Shown here piece by piece: positions 13,641 through 25,816 of a DNA stretch of 64,000 nucleotides. A model generated the notes under the pieces. That model was not told the origin of the DNA. It saw only the letters and a list, made by a program, of their open reading frames with translations, and searched no databases. Origin of the DNA: Octopus sinensis (Eukaryota); assembly GCF_006345805.1 (NCBI RefSeq), contig NC_043014.1, positions 47,492,001 to 47,556,000 of the forward strand. Direction: 5' to 3'. A program made the position numbers and the translations under genes. Within the stretch, counting starts at the first letter, position 1. The number at the start of each line of letters is the position of its first letter.

Positions 13641-16284
13641 TACTTCATGTGTATGCGTGTATGAATGTGTGTCTGTAATATAGATATTTGTTTATTTTCT
13701 CCTAGTCTTTCACATTAAGCCTCTTCCATTGCTGTGTCGTCAAGCCTGTTCTTTGCCATTAAACGTTCCAGTCTAAGAGTCTCATGTTTTCCCATTCTCC
13801 TTCCAACAGTCCTACGCAAACACAGCAACTTCATCAGCTTCCTACAACGTTTCTTCTTCACTCGACCAGCCCGGAACCAACTGAAACGTTCTGGCATTGT
13901 GAAAGAGCGAGTGTTCGGCTGTGATCTCGGCGAACATCTACTCAACTCAGGCCATGATGGTGAGCAGTTTTTTATTTTCTTTCTTTCTCTCCTCATCCTA
14001 AAATACACACTGCTCCCCCCTCTCTCTTTTTTCCCCCTCTCTTTTTGTCATATATATATATAAGAGGGAAACCACTATGTGGACACCCATATGCTAGAAA
14101 TAGATCTGCTACGGTCTCACCACAAAGAAATATTCTCAAGAAAAATTTAGCAAAACAACCAAACGTAATCGAGCAAGACAAAAGAAAAGGTAATAGAAAT
14201 ATAGATTATTCGTATACATGTTTCACTATCAACAAATTACATAATCTTACTTACGTAATTGGCCGTAGATCATCGGTACGACTGTCCAAGGTGAATATAA
14301 TTTGTAGGACTGCATACTAGGACGTCCACACAATTTCTAGCATATGGGTGTCCACATAGTGGTTTCCCTCTAATATATATATATATATAATACAATTCTA
14401 CTGAACCTTCAGTTTTTTTATGCTAGACCACTGGTCTGAAATCAATGTTAATTAAATTAATATCTAATTTCTCACCCTCATGCCGGCATCAGTTGTTAGT
14501 TGTCGGAGCACTGCATCCTTCAAAACTTCCATGCTTCCTGAGATTCGCCAACACTACACCTGATTTTCTCCCCTCCATACACACACAAGCATGTATCTGA
14601 CTCATGCACTGTTCACTTCCCAGACATTTGTACATTACTGCATATGCTTTATACACACTTTTTGACAAGTTGTGGTACACCTGAGCACTGTATACAATAA
14701 TTTCCTTATTATTATTATTATTTTATGTTCCAGTTCCGTTGGTTTTGAAGTGTTGTGCTGAAGTGATTGAGAAACAAGGGATTATTGATGGCATCTATCG
14801 CTTATCTGGGATTAATTCAAACATTCAAAAACTCAGGTAAGATTATCTCCCACTTTTGCTACCCCCACCCCTATACCCCTTTCTCTACAGTAACACCAGA
14901 TGGGACAGAAGCCCACTTCTTACCTGTCACTGTATTCTGTAACAAGTGTGTAACAACTGGTCTGCCATTGATAGTTTTCTCATTTCATGTTTACTAGACA
15001 TGTTGGATTGTTCCATGTGGGAGTGGTGTTGGACTGTTCCATATCTGGGGGTGATATTTGACTGTTCCATATGTGGGGGTGATATTTGACTGTTCTATAT
15101 GTGTATAGATGGTACTGGGCTGTTCCATGTGTGGGGATTGTGTTGGACTGTTCCATATGTATATGCGTGGTTTTGAACTGTTCTATGTATGTGGAGGTGG
15201 TATTGGAGTGTTCCATACGTGTGTGGGGGTGGTATTGGACTGTTCCATGTGTTGGTGGAGAATGTTGGACTGTTCCATGTGTGTGTATGTAGGGGAGATG
15301 GACTGTTCTATGTGTGTATGTGGAGTGTTGGACTGTTCTGTGTGTGTATGTGGAGCGTTGGACTGTTCTGTGTGTGTATGTGGAGTGTTGGACTGTTCTG
15401 TGTGTGTATGTGGAGTGTTGGACTGTTCTGTGTGTGTATGTGGAGTGTTGGACTGTTCTGTGTGTGTATGTGGAGTGTTGGACTGTTCTGTGTGTGTATG
15501 TGGAGCGTTGGACTGTTCTGTGTGTGTATGTGGAGTGTTGGACTGTTCTGTGTGTGTATGTGGAGTGTTGGACTGTTCTGTGTGTGTATGTGGAGCGTTG
15601 GACTGTTCTGTGTGTGTATGTGGAGCGTTGGACTGTTCTATGTGTGTATGTGGAGTGTTGGACTGTTCTGTGTGTGTATGTGGAGTGTTGGACTGTTCTG
15701 TGTGTGTATGTGGAGTGTTGGACTGTTCTGTGTGTGTATGTGGAGTGTTGGACTGTTCTGTGTGTGTATGTGGAGCGTTGGACTGTTCTGTGTGTGTATG
15801 TGGAGTGTTGGACTGTTCTGTGTGCATGTGTGGGGAAAGGGTTGGCCTGTTCCATGTGCGTGAGTGTGGTGTGGTAATGAGAGGAGACAAGACAAACAGC
15901 AACAAAAGACCAGAATGTCTACACATGTACAACCATGTGTAAACTTAGCTGTCAGTCATTCACAAGCGAATGTGACTCGGTAGCTTGTGCCACACTTCTA
16001 CCACATGTTTGGGGTATTTATGTCGATGCCCTCACGACCGTCCTACTTTGACCCTTTGGAAGTTGTGACAACTGCAGGAGGAGAGAACTGCACAAGCAAT
16101 CAAGCTGGCACTCTTTGTGCCATCTGCTGGCTGAATTGAAATGCTGGAGTGAGTTGAAGTACTTTGCTCTAGGAAACAACGTGCTGCACCAACAAGGAGT
16201 CGAAACCATGGCCTTGCAGTTATAAGTCCAACACACAAACCACTAAACCATGCACATTCACAATTCTCTCTGTCTGTCTATCTA

Positions 16285-16328
<44 letters not shown>

Positions 16329-16464
16329 CCTATCTATCTGTCTATCCATCTGTCTATCCATCTGTCTATCTGTCTATCTATCTGTCTATCTATCTATCTA
16401 TCTACCTATCTATCTGTCTATCCATCTGTCTATCCATCTGTCTATCTATCTGTCTATCTATCTG

Positions 16465-16509
<45 letters not shown>

Positions 16510-17824
16510 GTGTGTGGCTTAGTGGTTAGGGTGTCAGCATCATGATCGTAAGATTGTGGTTTCGATTCCTGGACCGGGCGACGCGTTGTGTTCTTGAGCA
16601 AAACACTTCATTTCACGTTGCTCCAGTCCACTCAGCTGGCAAAAAGGAGTAACGCTGCGATGGACTGGTGTCCTGTCCAGTTGGGGAACACATACACCAT
16701 AGAAACCAGGCCCATGGGCCTGGCTAGGCTTTAAAAAGGGCGTATTTATTATTTTATATGTATGTGTGTGTATATATATATAATTTATCTTTTACTTGTT
16801 TCAGCCATTAGACTGCAGCCATACTGGGGCACCATCTTGAAGGATTTTTAGTCGAATGACTCAACCCCAGTACTTCTTTTTTTTTTTTTAAACTTGGTAC
16901 TTATTCTATAGGTCTCTTTTGCTGAACCGCAAAGATTCAGTGACGTAAACACACCTGTACTAGTTGTCAAGTAGTGGTAGTGAGGACAAACACTAGACAT
17001 AGACACACAGATATATATATATCTATATCTATCTATCTTTTTATATATATATATATAAATATATATATATCTACATCTGTATATACAACAAGCTTCTTTC
17101 AGTTTCCATCTCCCAAATCCACTCACAAAGTTTTGGTCAGCCTGAGGCGATAGCAGAAGACACCTGCTCAAGGGCCATGCAGTGAGACATATATATATAT
17201 ATATATATCATCATCATCGTCGTTTAACGTCCGTTCTCCATGCTAGCATGGGTTGGACGGTTCGACCGGGGTTCTGGGAAGCCAGAAGGCTGCACCAGGC
17301 TCCAGTCTAATCTGATATATATATATATAATATATATATATATATTATATATATATATATATATTATATATATATATTAAAAAAGGAGATGTGGAACACG
17401 AGTTGTGATATATAAAAAAAGGAAATGAAGAAAATGCTGACAAAATAATTTAAGTAAAGGAGAGTGTATTTAATTAGGTGAAAGTTCTTTTTACTGGTTG
17501 CGCATTTGTTATGCTTATCAAAAGATATATTCTCTTGTCTGAGAAAAAATCTATCAGAAAGGAACTCTATCTCTCTTAAAAATATATCTTTTGATAAGCA
17601 TAACAAATGCGCAACCGGTAAAAAGAACTTTCACCTAATTAAATACACTCTCCTTTACTTAAATTATTTTGTCAGCATTTTCTTCATTTCCTTTATATAT
17701 ATATATATATATATACATTACTGTCTGTGGAGATATATTGTAGTAGAAGAATTAGTAGTTTTGACTGCTATTTCTAAATTTCGGTATGTGGTGAAGCAAC
17801 CTTTGCTGATCTCTTAATTATGTG

Positions 17825-17855
<31 letters not shown>

Positions 17856-18539
17856 CAAATAAATATTTCCTTCTCAAGCCATGCTGGGCTCATAAGGGCT
17901 GGTTTCCTGGATTCAGTGGCGTATATATTCCCCACCTGGATGGGACCCCAATCCATTGTAGGATTACTCATTTTTGCCAGTTGAGTGGACTGGAGCAACA
18001 TGAAATGATGTTAGGCTCAAGAACACAATGTGTTGTCCAGTCCAGGAATCAAAATCACAATCTTATGATCACGAGTCTAACACCCTAACCACTAGACCAC
18101 ACGCCTCCACAATATATATATATATATAAATAATTCATAATTAAGGGCAAACGAAAAAATTTCTAATGCCAGATATGCCAAAAAATTTTTTCGTTTGCCC
18201 TTAATTATGAATTATTTATAAATTTAACCTTTAAAGGTATTTTTTGATATGCTGGCCATTGATAAAATTTTTTTTTGAAAAGGAATATATTTTTTTCGAA
18301 AAAAATTTTATCCTTCATTAGATATATATATATATATTATTATTGAAGTAGATAAATGAATTATCTTATTACAGATAATTCAAATGATAACCGATACCTG
18401 GGTAGCAAAAATCACAACAGAAAAAGCATGGGCTCGTTATTCAATCCGAATTAGGGACTTTGCAGCCTTCGAAACATATGTAGAAAATAATATAAAGGAA
18501 TTTTGTTAAATCTTCGTTCAGCTCCATTTTTTCCTACAC

Positions 18540-18592
<53 letters not shown>

Positions 18593-18766
18593 TATATATA
18601 TGTTGTTGTGTCTGGAGAGAGTCATTCTCTTTTAGTGCCTTATCATTTAACACACTCACTGGTAAAGTTTCCACTCATTTACTTATTTATTTTTCTAAAA
18701 TTTCCATTGCACCTTGCAACCTTTTCAATAGTCGTTGACTATTGAAAAGGTTGCAAGAGATATTGA

Positions 18767-18817
<51 letters not shown>

Positions 18818-21800
18818 CTTTACCTACAATGCCAAAGTCATCATATAACCATTTCCTTTGTCTTTTAACAGATTAGCATTTGATGAGGATCGGATGCCAA
18901 CCCTAACCGACGAAACCTACCTACAGGACATCCACAGCATCAGCTCCCTTCTTAAGATGTATTTTCGAGAACTTCCAAATCCCTTACTCACATACCAACT
19001 CTATGATAAATTTGCTGTAAGTCCTTTATTACTTTTACTGGGTGATTCAGTCCTAGAGATCCCAGAATTCGTTTTCCCACTAAATGCAACAACAATTGAG
19101 TTGTTGATGTGTGTGTGTGTGTGTGTGTATATATTGTTCATACACACACACACACATCATTTAATGTCCATTTTTCCATCCTGGCATGGGTTGGATGGTT
19201 TGACTGGAGCTAGTAAGGCCAGGGGCCACACTGGCACCGTTGTCTGTTCTGGTATGATTTTTACAGCTTGATGCCCTTCCTAGCACCAACCACTGCATAG
19301 AGTTATATATATGTGTGTGTGTATGTGTGTGTATATATATATATATTTTGAGAGAGAGAGATAGAGAGTTATATACGCATGCACACACACTCAGATATAC
19401 TTACATGTAAGACTGGTATACAGAGTGACTGTAACTTCAAAGTTTCATCAGTAAAAAGTTGTTTGAAGAGCATCCCTTTGTTGATAATCCTATATTTACA
19501 ATAAGCTATAAGTGTTGCTATCTTCCCACTGTTGCTAATGACTGTAGACTGTATGTAAATATCCTCCAAACTTATATCTCTACTACATAAATCCATGATG
19601 ATAATGATGACGATGATTGGCATAGCTCTAAATTTATCATTTCAGAAAGCTGTTCAGGCAGAAGACAAACTCCATTTGATCCATGATGTTGTTCAGCAGT
19701 TACCCCCACCGCATTACAGGTATTTTGGCTTTGGCTGCCTAGTCGTGGTTCTTTGTATTTCAGATAAAAAGGGTGCAAGTTCAAACCTCAATGACCAGCG
19801 TTTTGGACAGTGCACTTGATTTTTCTTCCCTGTGTTCACCAAGCAGAAATTTTGTCATGGTTAAATGTTTAGCATTAACCTCTTAGCATTTAAGCTTGGC
19901 CGTATCTGGCCAAAATTTTCTACCTATTTTATGTTCAGACTGGTCAGATCTAGCTTCTCACTCTTATACTGCAATGTTATTCGTCATCATCATCGTTTAA
20001 CGTCCATTTTCCATGCTAGCATGGGTTGGACAGTTCGAACGGGGTCTGGGAAGCCAGGAGGCTGCACCAGGCTCCAATCTGATTTGGCAATGTTTCTACA
20101 ACTGGATGCCCCTCATAATGCCATCCACTCCAAGAGTGTAGTGGGTGCTTTTTACGTGCCACGAGCATGGGAGCCAGTCAGATGGGCCTGGCATTGACCA
20201 TGTTCGGATGGTGCTTTTTACATGCCACCAGCCCTGAAGCCAGTCTGGGGGTACTGGCATTGACCATGTTCGGATGGTGCCTTTTACATGCCACCAGCCC
20301 TGAAGCCAGTCTGGGGGCACTGGCAATGACCCACGCTCAAATGGTGCTTATTATGTGCCACCAGCATGGGTGCCAGTCAGGTGGCACTGGCCCCGATTAT
20401 GATTTCGATTTCACTTGACTCAACAGGTCTTCTCAAGCGCATCATATTGCCCAATGCTAATAATAATAATAATAATTATTATTATTATTAGTATAATCTT
20501 ACTACATATGGTGATTTGTGAAAGTTTTCCTTCTAAGTATATCTCTCTCTATCCCCCCCTCTCCTTCCTCTCCTTCTCTCTTGTCAGCTTTGACAAGAAA
20601 CAATTCATAAGAATTTATAAAACAAGCTTCTGTTGCAACAAATTAGTCGTGGCTTTGAAAAGGGTCTTGCTGAGATATGGCCCTTGATCGTACTGCATGT
20701 TAGAACTGGTCCATTATGGTTGAAGGGGGTACTGATATATGTTAGGACTGATCCATTATGTTTGAAACGAGTATTTAATTAGAACAAACTGTGACAAACG
20801 TTGCAGACATCATCATCATCATTTAGCGCCCGCCTTCCATGCTAGCATGGGTTGGACGGTTCAACTGGGGTCTGGGAAGCCAGAAGGCTGCACCAGGCCC
20901 AGTCTGATCTGGCAGTGTTTCTACGGCTGGACGCCCTTCCTAATGCCAACCACTCCATGAGTGTAGTGGGTGCTTTTTACGTGCCACCGGCACGAGACAA
21001 TATCCTCAACAATGCCATTCACAATAAATTTCTGCGGTTATCTTCTGTGGCCATTAAACATAAGATATAAAGGGTGCCTGGCACCCTGATTAAGGTCAGC
21101 TAATGCAGAAATGCAATTAATTAATCAATAATCTAAATGAATTCTGTTTTCAAATGTTTGCCTAATCTTTTTACTTTGTAGAACGACTGAATACCTCATC
21201 CGACATCTGGCTCGAGTTGCAGCTTTTGGCACTGAGACAGGAATGCATTCCAAAAATCTGGCCATTGTCTGGGCACCGAATCTCCTCAGGTTTGTCGTGT
21301 TTTCTTTTTTCTTTCTTTTATGGTCTCTCAGCTGGTACAAAACTGCTACAAATCAATCAGCATCAACATCTATTGATGCTCTCTACCTTCACATGGATGA
21401 GCTGTATACACACATGCATGTATGTGTATATATACACACATATGTGTGTGTATATATATATATATATAAAATCCTTGTTCTCTCTCTCTCTTTCTACATG
21501 ATAACACTTCCAATCAGTTAAGATCAGAAGCCATGAGAGCCACTGTCTGGTACTGCATCAGGGCATTTATTATTATTATTATTATTATCATTATTATTAT
21601 TATCATTATTATTAAGAAGGCGGCAAGCTGGCAGAATCGTTAGTGTGACGGACGGAAAGTTTAGTGGTATTTCACCCATTTCTACATTCTGAGTTCAAAT
21701 TCCACTGAGAGCAGTTTTACTTTACGTCCTTTTAGGGTCGATAAAGTAAGTACCAGTTAAACTCTGGGGTCAATGTAATTGACTCAACCCCGTCCCCCCA

Positions 21801-23348
21801 AAATTGCTGCCCTTATGGCAAAATTTGAAGCCATCATTATTATTGTTATTATTATTATTATTGTTATTATTATTAAGGCAGTGGTGAACTGGCAGAATCG
21901 TTAGTACACTGGACAAAAAGCTTCGCAGTTTTTTGTCTGTCTTCACTTTCTGAGTTCAAATTCCACTTTTCATCCTTTCAGGATTGATGAATTAAGTACC
22001 CTCTCTCCTAACATTTCACTCTTTGTGCCTTTAGTAGAAAGGATTATTCTTATTATTGTGTACCAGTTGATGTTGTTGCTGTAGAATGAAATCTGTCATA
22101 AAACATTTTGCTCTTTGTTCCAGATCTAAAGAACTTGAACTTGGTGGCGGTGTAGCAGCACTCCAGGGCGTCAGCATTCAAGCTGTAGTCACAGAATTCC
22201 TTATATGTTATGCTGACTTAATCTTTAGTGATAAGATGCCCTCCTACTCGTCACCGGAACTCAGACGTAAGTTGTGAGACTTTTACTTTATATAAATCTA
22301 GTAGTCAATCTCTGGAAATGGACTGAGGTAAGTGTGACAGTGTGCAGTAACCACACAGTTGAGGTCAAAGGTCAGTATGATGGGTTTGGAGACTGGTATA
22401 GAGCAGTGCTTCTCAACCACTTTTTACCTATGCACTTCTTTGATTCCTATCTTACTCAGATGGACCCACCTAGCCATTCAATCCTATTATAAATTTGAGT
22501 GAGGTTTCTCGGTCTGTTACGGACATAAAATCAGTCTGTTACGATTTTATGTCCATTAACTCCTCCTAGACCGTTGGCGCAAGGACGATGAAACTCAAAC
22601 CAGCGACTCTCCTAATCCCAGGGAATGTCCTAAGGTGGTCTATTTTTTTAAGGGCCACCAAATTGGGGCAACACTGATCCCACTATTTCCATTGCACTTT
22701 AAACTAAATACATGGCACTTGGCGACCAATCAGATCAATGATAAGGAATTTCATACCATGAACTCCCAGGGAGTATCATTAGGGGTTCAATTTCTGAAGG
22801 ACCTCTTAAATGGTGCCCCACTGACCTCATCCCACCCTTATTTTTACTACATTTACCTCGCTCCCACGCTTATTGATTAAACTATAATCAGCATCAGTGC
22901 TTTGAGTACAAAATTTGCAGAAAATAAGTTTTGGGCATTCTAAATACCTTCACAAACATTCAAATCAAGATAAAGAGTTATAACAGGTACATTTCAGGTG
23001 TAGTAGTGTGGATATTTATTTTTTGTAGTTTATGAAATTTATGTCTTGTATTTTAAGAAATCCTATTGTATTTTTATAATTAAATATTATTAAGAATTGT
23101 ATTAAAAAAATGTTAAAATATTATCCACATGTACTGTGGATAAATTTTGAGTACAAAATCTTATATGGACCCCAGTTGAGAATCTCTGGTTATTATTATC
23201 ATTATTATTATTATCATTATTATCATTATCATCATCATCATTATTATTATTATCATCAGTATTATTATCATCATCATTATTATTATCATCATCATTATTA
23301 TCATCATTATTATCATCATCATTATTATCATCATCATTATCATCATCA

Positions 23349-23385
<37 letters not shown>

Positions 23386-23423
23386 CATTATTATTATTAT
23401 CATTATTATCATCATCATCATCA

Positions 23424-23463
<40 letters not shown>

Positions 23464-25785
23464 AAATTCTTAGCAGTATTTCATTTGGATTTACATTCTG
23501 AATTCAAATTCTGCCTTTCATTGTTTTATACTCATTAAAAAAAAAAAAAAAAAGTACCAGTTATGCACTGGGGGTCGATGTAATTGATTTACAACCCACC
23601 CACCTCATCCCCGAAATTGCTGGCCTTGTGCCAAAATTTGAAATCATCATTATTATTATTATTGTTGGTTTTTTTTTTGTTGTTATTGCAGAATCCCAGA
23701 AGAAGCCCCGCCCAAAATCACTTGCAATATCCACGCCAACCCGGTTACTCACTCTGGAGGAAGCTCGTGAACGAGTACTTTCGTCTCACAACGTTCCCAG
23801 TCAGAAATATATTGATGTTGGTGGTGGACCGGAGAAGTTACCACCGAAATACCACACAGTTCTAGACTTGCCAGGATACAAGTAACTCTCTCTCTCTCTC
23901 ACATACACACACATTTTCATCCTCCTTATTTCTTTCATTATTTTCCTTATCGTCATAGTTACCATCATTTTCCTCTCTAAGGCAATGAGCTGGCAGAACT
24001 GTTAGCACGCCGAGCGGAATGCTTAGCGGTATTTTGTCTGCCGCTACGTTCTGAGTTCAAATTCTGCTGAGGTCGAACTTTGCCTTTCATCCTTTCGGAG
24101 TCGATTAAATAAGTACCAGTTACGCACTGGGGTCAATCTATAACACTGTCTACAAAAGCAACCAATCCACACTTGCTCTATTATGTTCAATCAACTGGAC
24201 TGGCACATTTAATATAATATGCATTATACCACCACAGGCAGTGAGCTGGTGGAAATGTTAGCACGCTGGGCGAAATGCTTAGCGGTATTTCGTTTGCCGG
24301 TACGTTCTGAGTTCAAATTCTGCTGAGGTCGACTTTGCCTTTCATCCTTTCGGGGTTGATTAAATAAGTACCAGTTACGCACTGGGGCTGATATAATCGA
24401 CTTAATCTGTTTGTCTGTCCTTGTTTGTCCTCTCTGTGTTTAGCCCCTCGTGGGTAGATGTCTTGCAAACAACTTGCACATGAAGTGCTACCAGTCAAAA
24501 GCTCCGTATACCAGAAGCCAGCAAGTGTATGGGGTCATCAGGAGAGAACACGCGCCATTTCAGGGCCTACCTCTCAACGGCATCAATGCGCACCGGCCCC
24601 CCCTCACTGATATGAGGCCCCGCTTGCTAGATCAGCTGGTTATGAAGTTAAACTCAATATCCTTCTAGCCATCGCTCATCGTCTCTTTTTAACCAAATCC
24701 AGTAAAGAAATAGGTATTTCGTCCGTCTTGACATTCTGAGTTCAAATTCCGCCAAGGTCGAACTTTGCCTTTCATCCTTTCGGGGTCGATAAATTAAGTA
24801 CCAGTTGCATACTGGGGTCAATCTAATCGACTGGCCCCCTCCCCCAAAATTTCGGTCCTTGTGCCTAGAGTAGAAAAGATTTTCCTCATTGCTATGTTGT
24901 CATCTTCTTAATCTTCATCATCATCTTTTGGTACTTTCTAAGCTATTCTGTCATAATGTTTTGCTATGAATTGGAAAGTACAAATTTAGGGAGCAGTGCC
25001 TCATAAAGGTAGCAGAGCTGCTACATACAAATTATAGGAGCAATATACAAATTATAGGAACATACAGATCAGAGGAAAAGGAAATAAGAAAGCATTCCAA
25101 CTAAAGGCTGTTTGATTAATATAGAGAAACTGGTATTCTAATATTTATTATTATTATTGAGTGAGAGAGCAGTGCATGTCATCAAAATGACACTGGGGTA
25201 AAATACATGAAGCCCAGTATACCCATCATGACTACCCGTCTGATAATGGGTACACCAGGCACATGCATCACACCTATATGTGCACGACATGATGATCTCA
25301 TATCAAGATAAACAGCGCATTAATAGACACTTTCCTCTTTGGTCAAGGCCTCGTCAACTTTTTCAAGTTTCACTTGAAAAGGAAGATGAGGTTAGAGAGG
25401 AGAGTGCTGTCTGATAGCAAGTTTTCTGAAAGGTGGGTGAATGGTGCAAGAATGGCCAGTATAAATGGACCAATTCTGAGGTTTCGCCTGTAATTGAAAA
25501 AGGTATCATAAAAGGAGAAAGGGGCTCTCTATCCCCTTTTGACCAGGCTCCTGTGGCTTTTATGGGTTTCTCCACGTGAGACCTTTTCTTTTTTTTTTCG
25601 AAGTGTCTCCTCTATTGGGAGTTTTGTAAATTGTTGACATTTTTCGTTGTTATAAAGCGTGTTTACACGAACTTTTTCTTTCAAAAAACGGACAAAACCT
25701 TTTGTAACCTTTCGTCCTGTTTTGTCCCTTTATGTTTTCCAATCATGTTTGTCAGCCCTTGTGGCCAATAAAAAGAATTATTATT

Positions 25786-25816
<31 letters not shown>

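Noticed and set aside
13706-13809. Alternative upstream acceptor (ctcctag) for the exon at 13810
   Set aside because: 104 nt, out of frame, and contains TAA
15301-15830. CRISPR-like regular 30-bp repeats (also 41230-41830)
   Set aside because: No unique spacers; eukaryotic tandem repeats
14980-15942. Six overlapping ORFs up to 291 aa, Cys- or His/Thr-rich
   Set aside because: Translations of a 30-bp stop-free minisatellite within an intron
23110-23463. Tyr/His-rich and Met/Ile-rich ORFs
   Set aside because: Trinucleotide microsatellite
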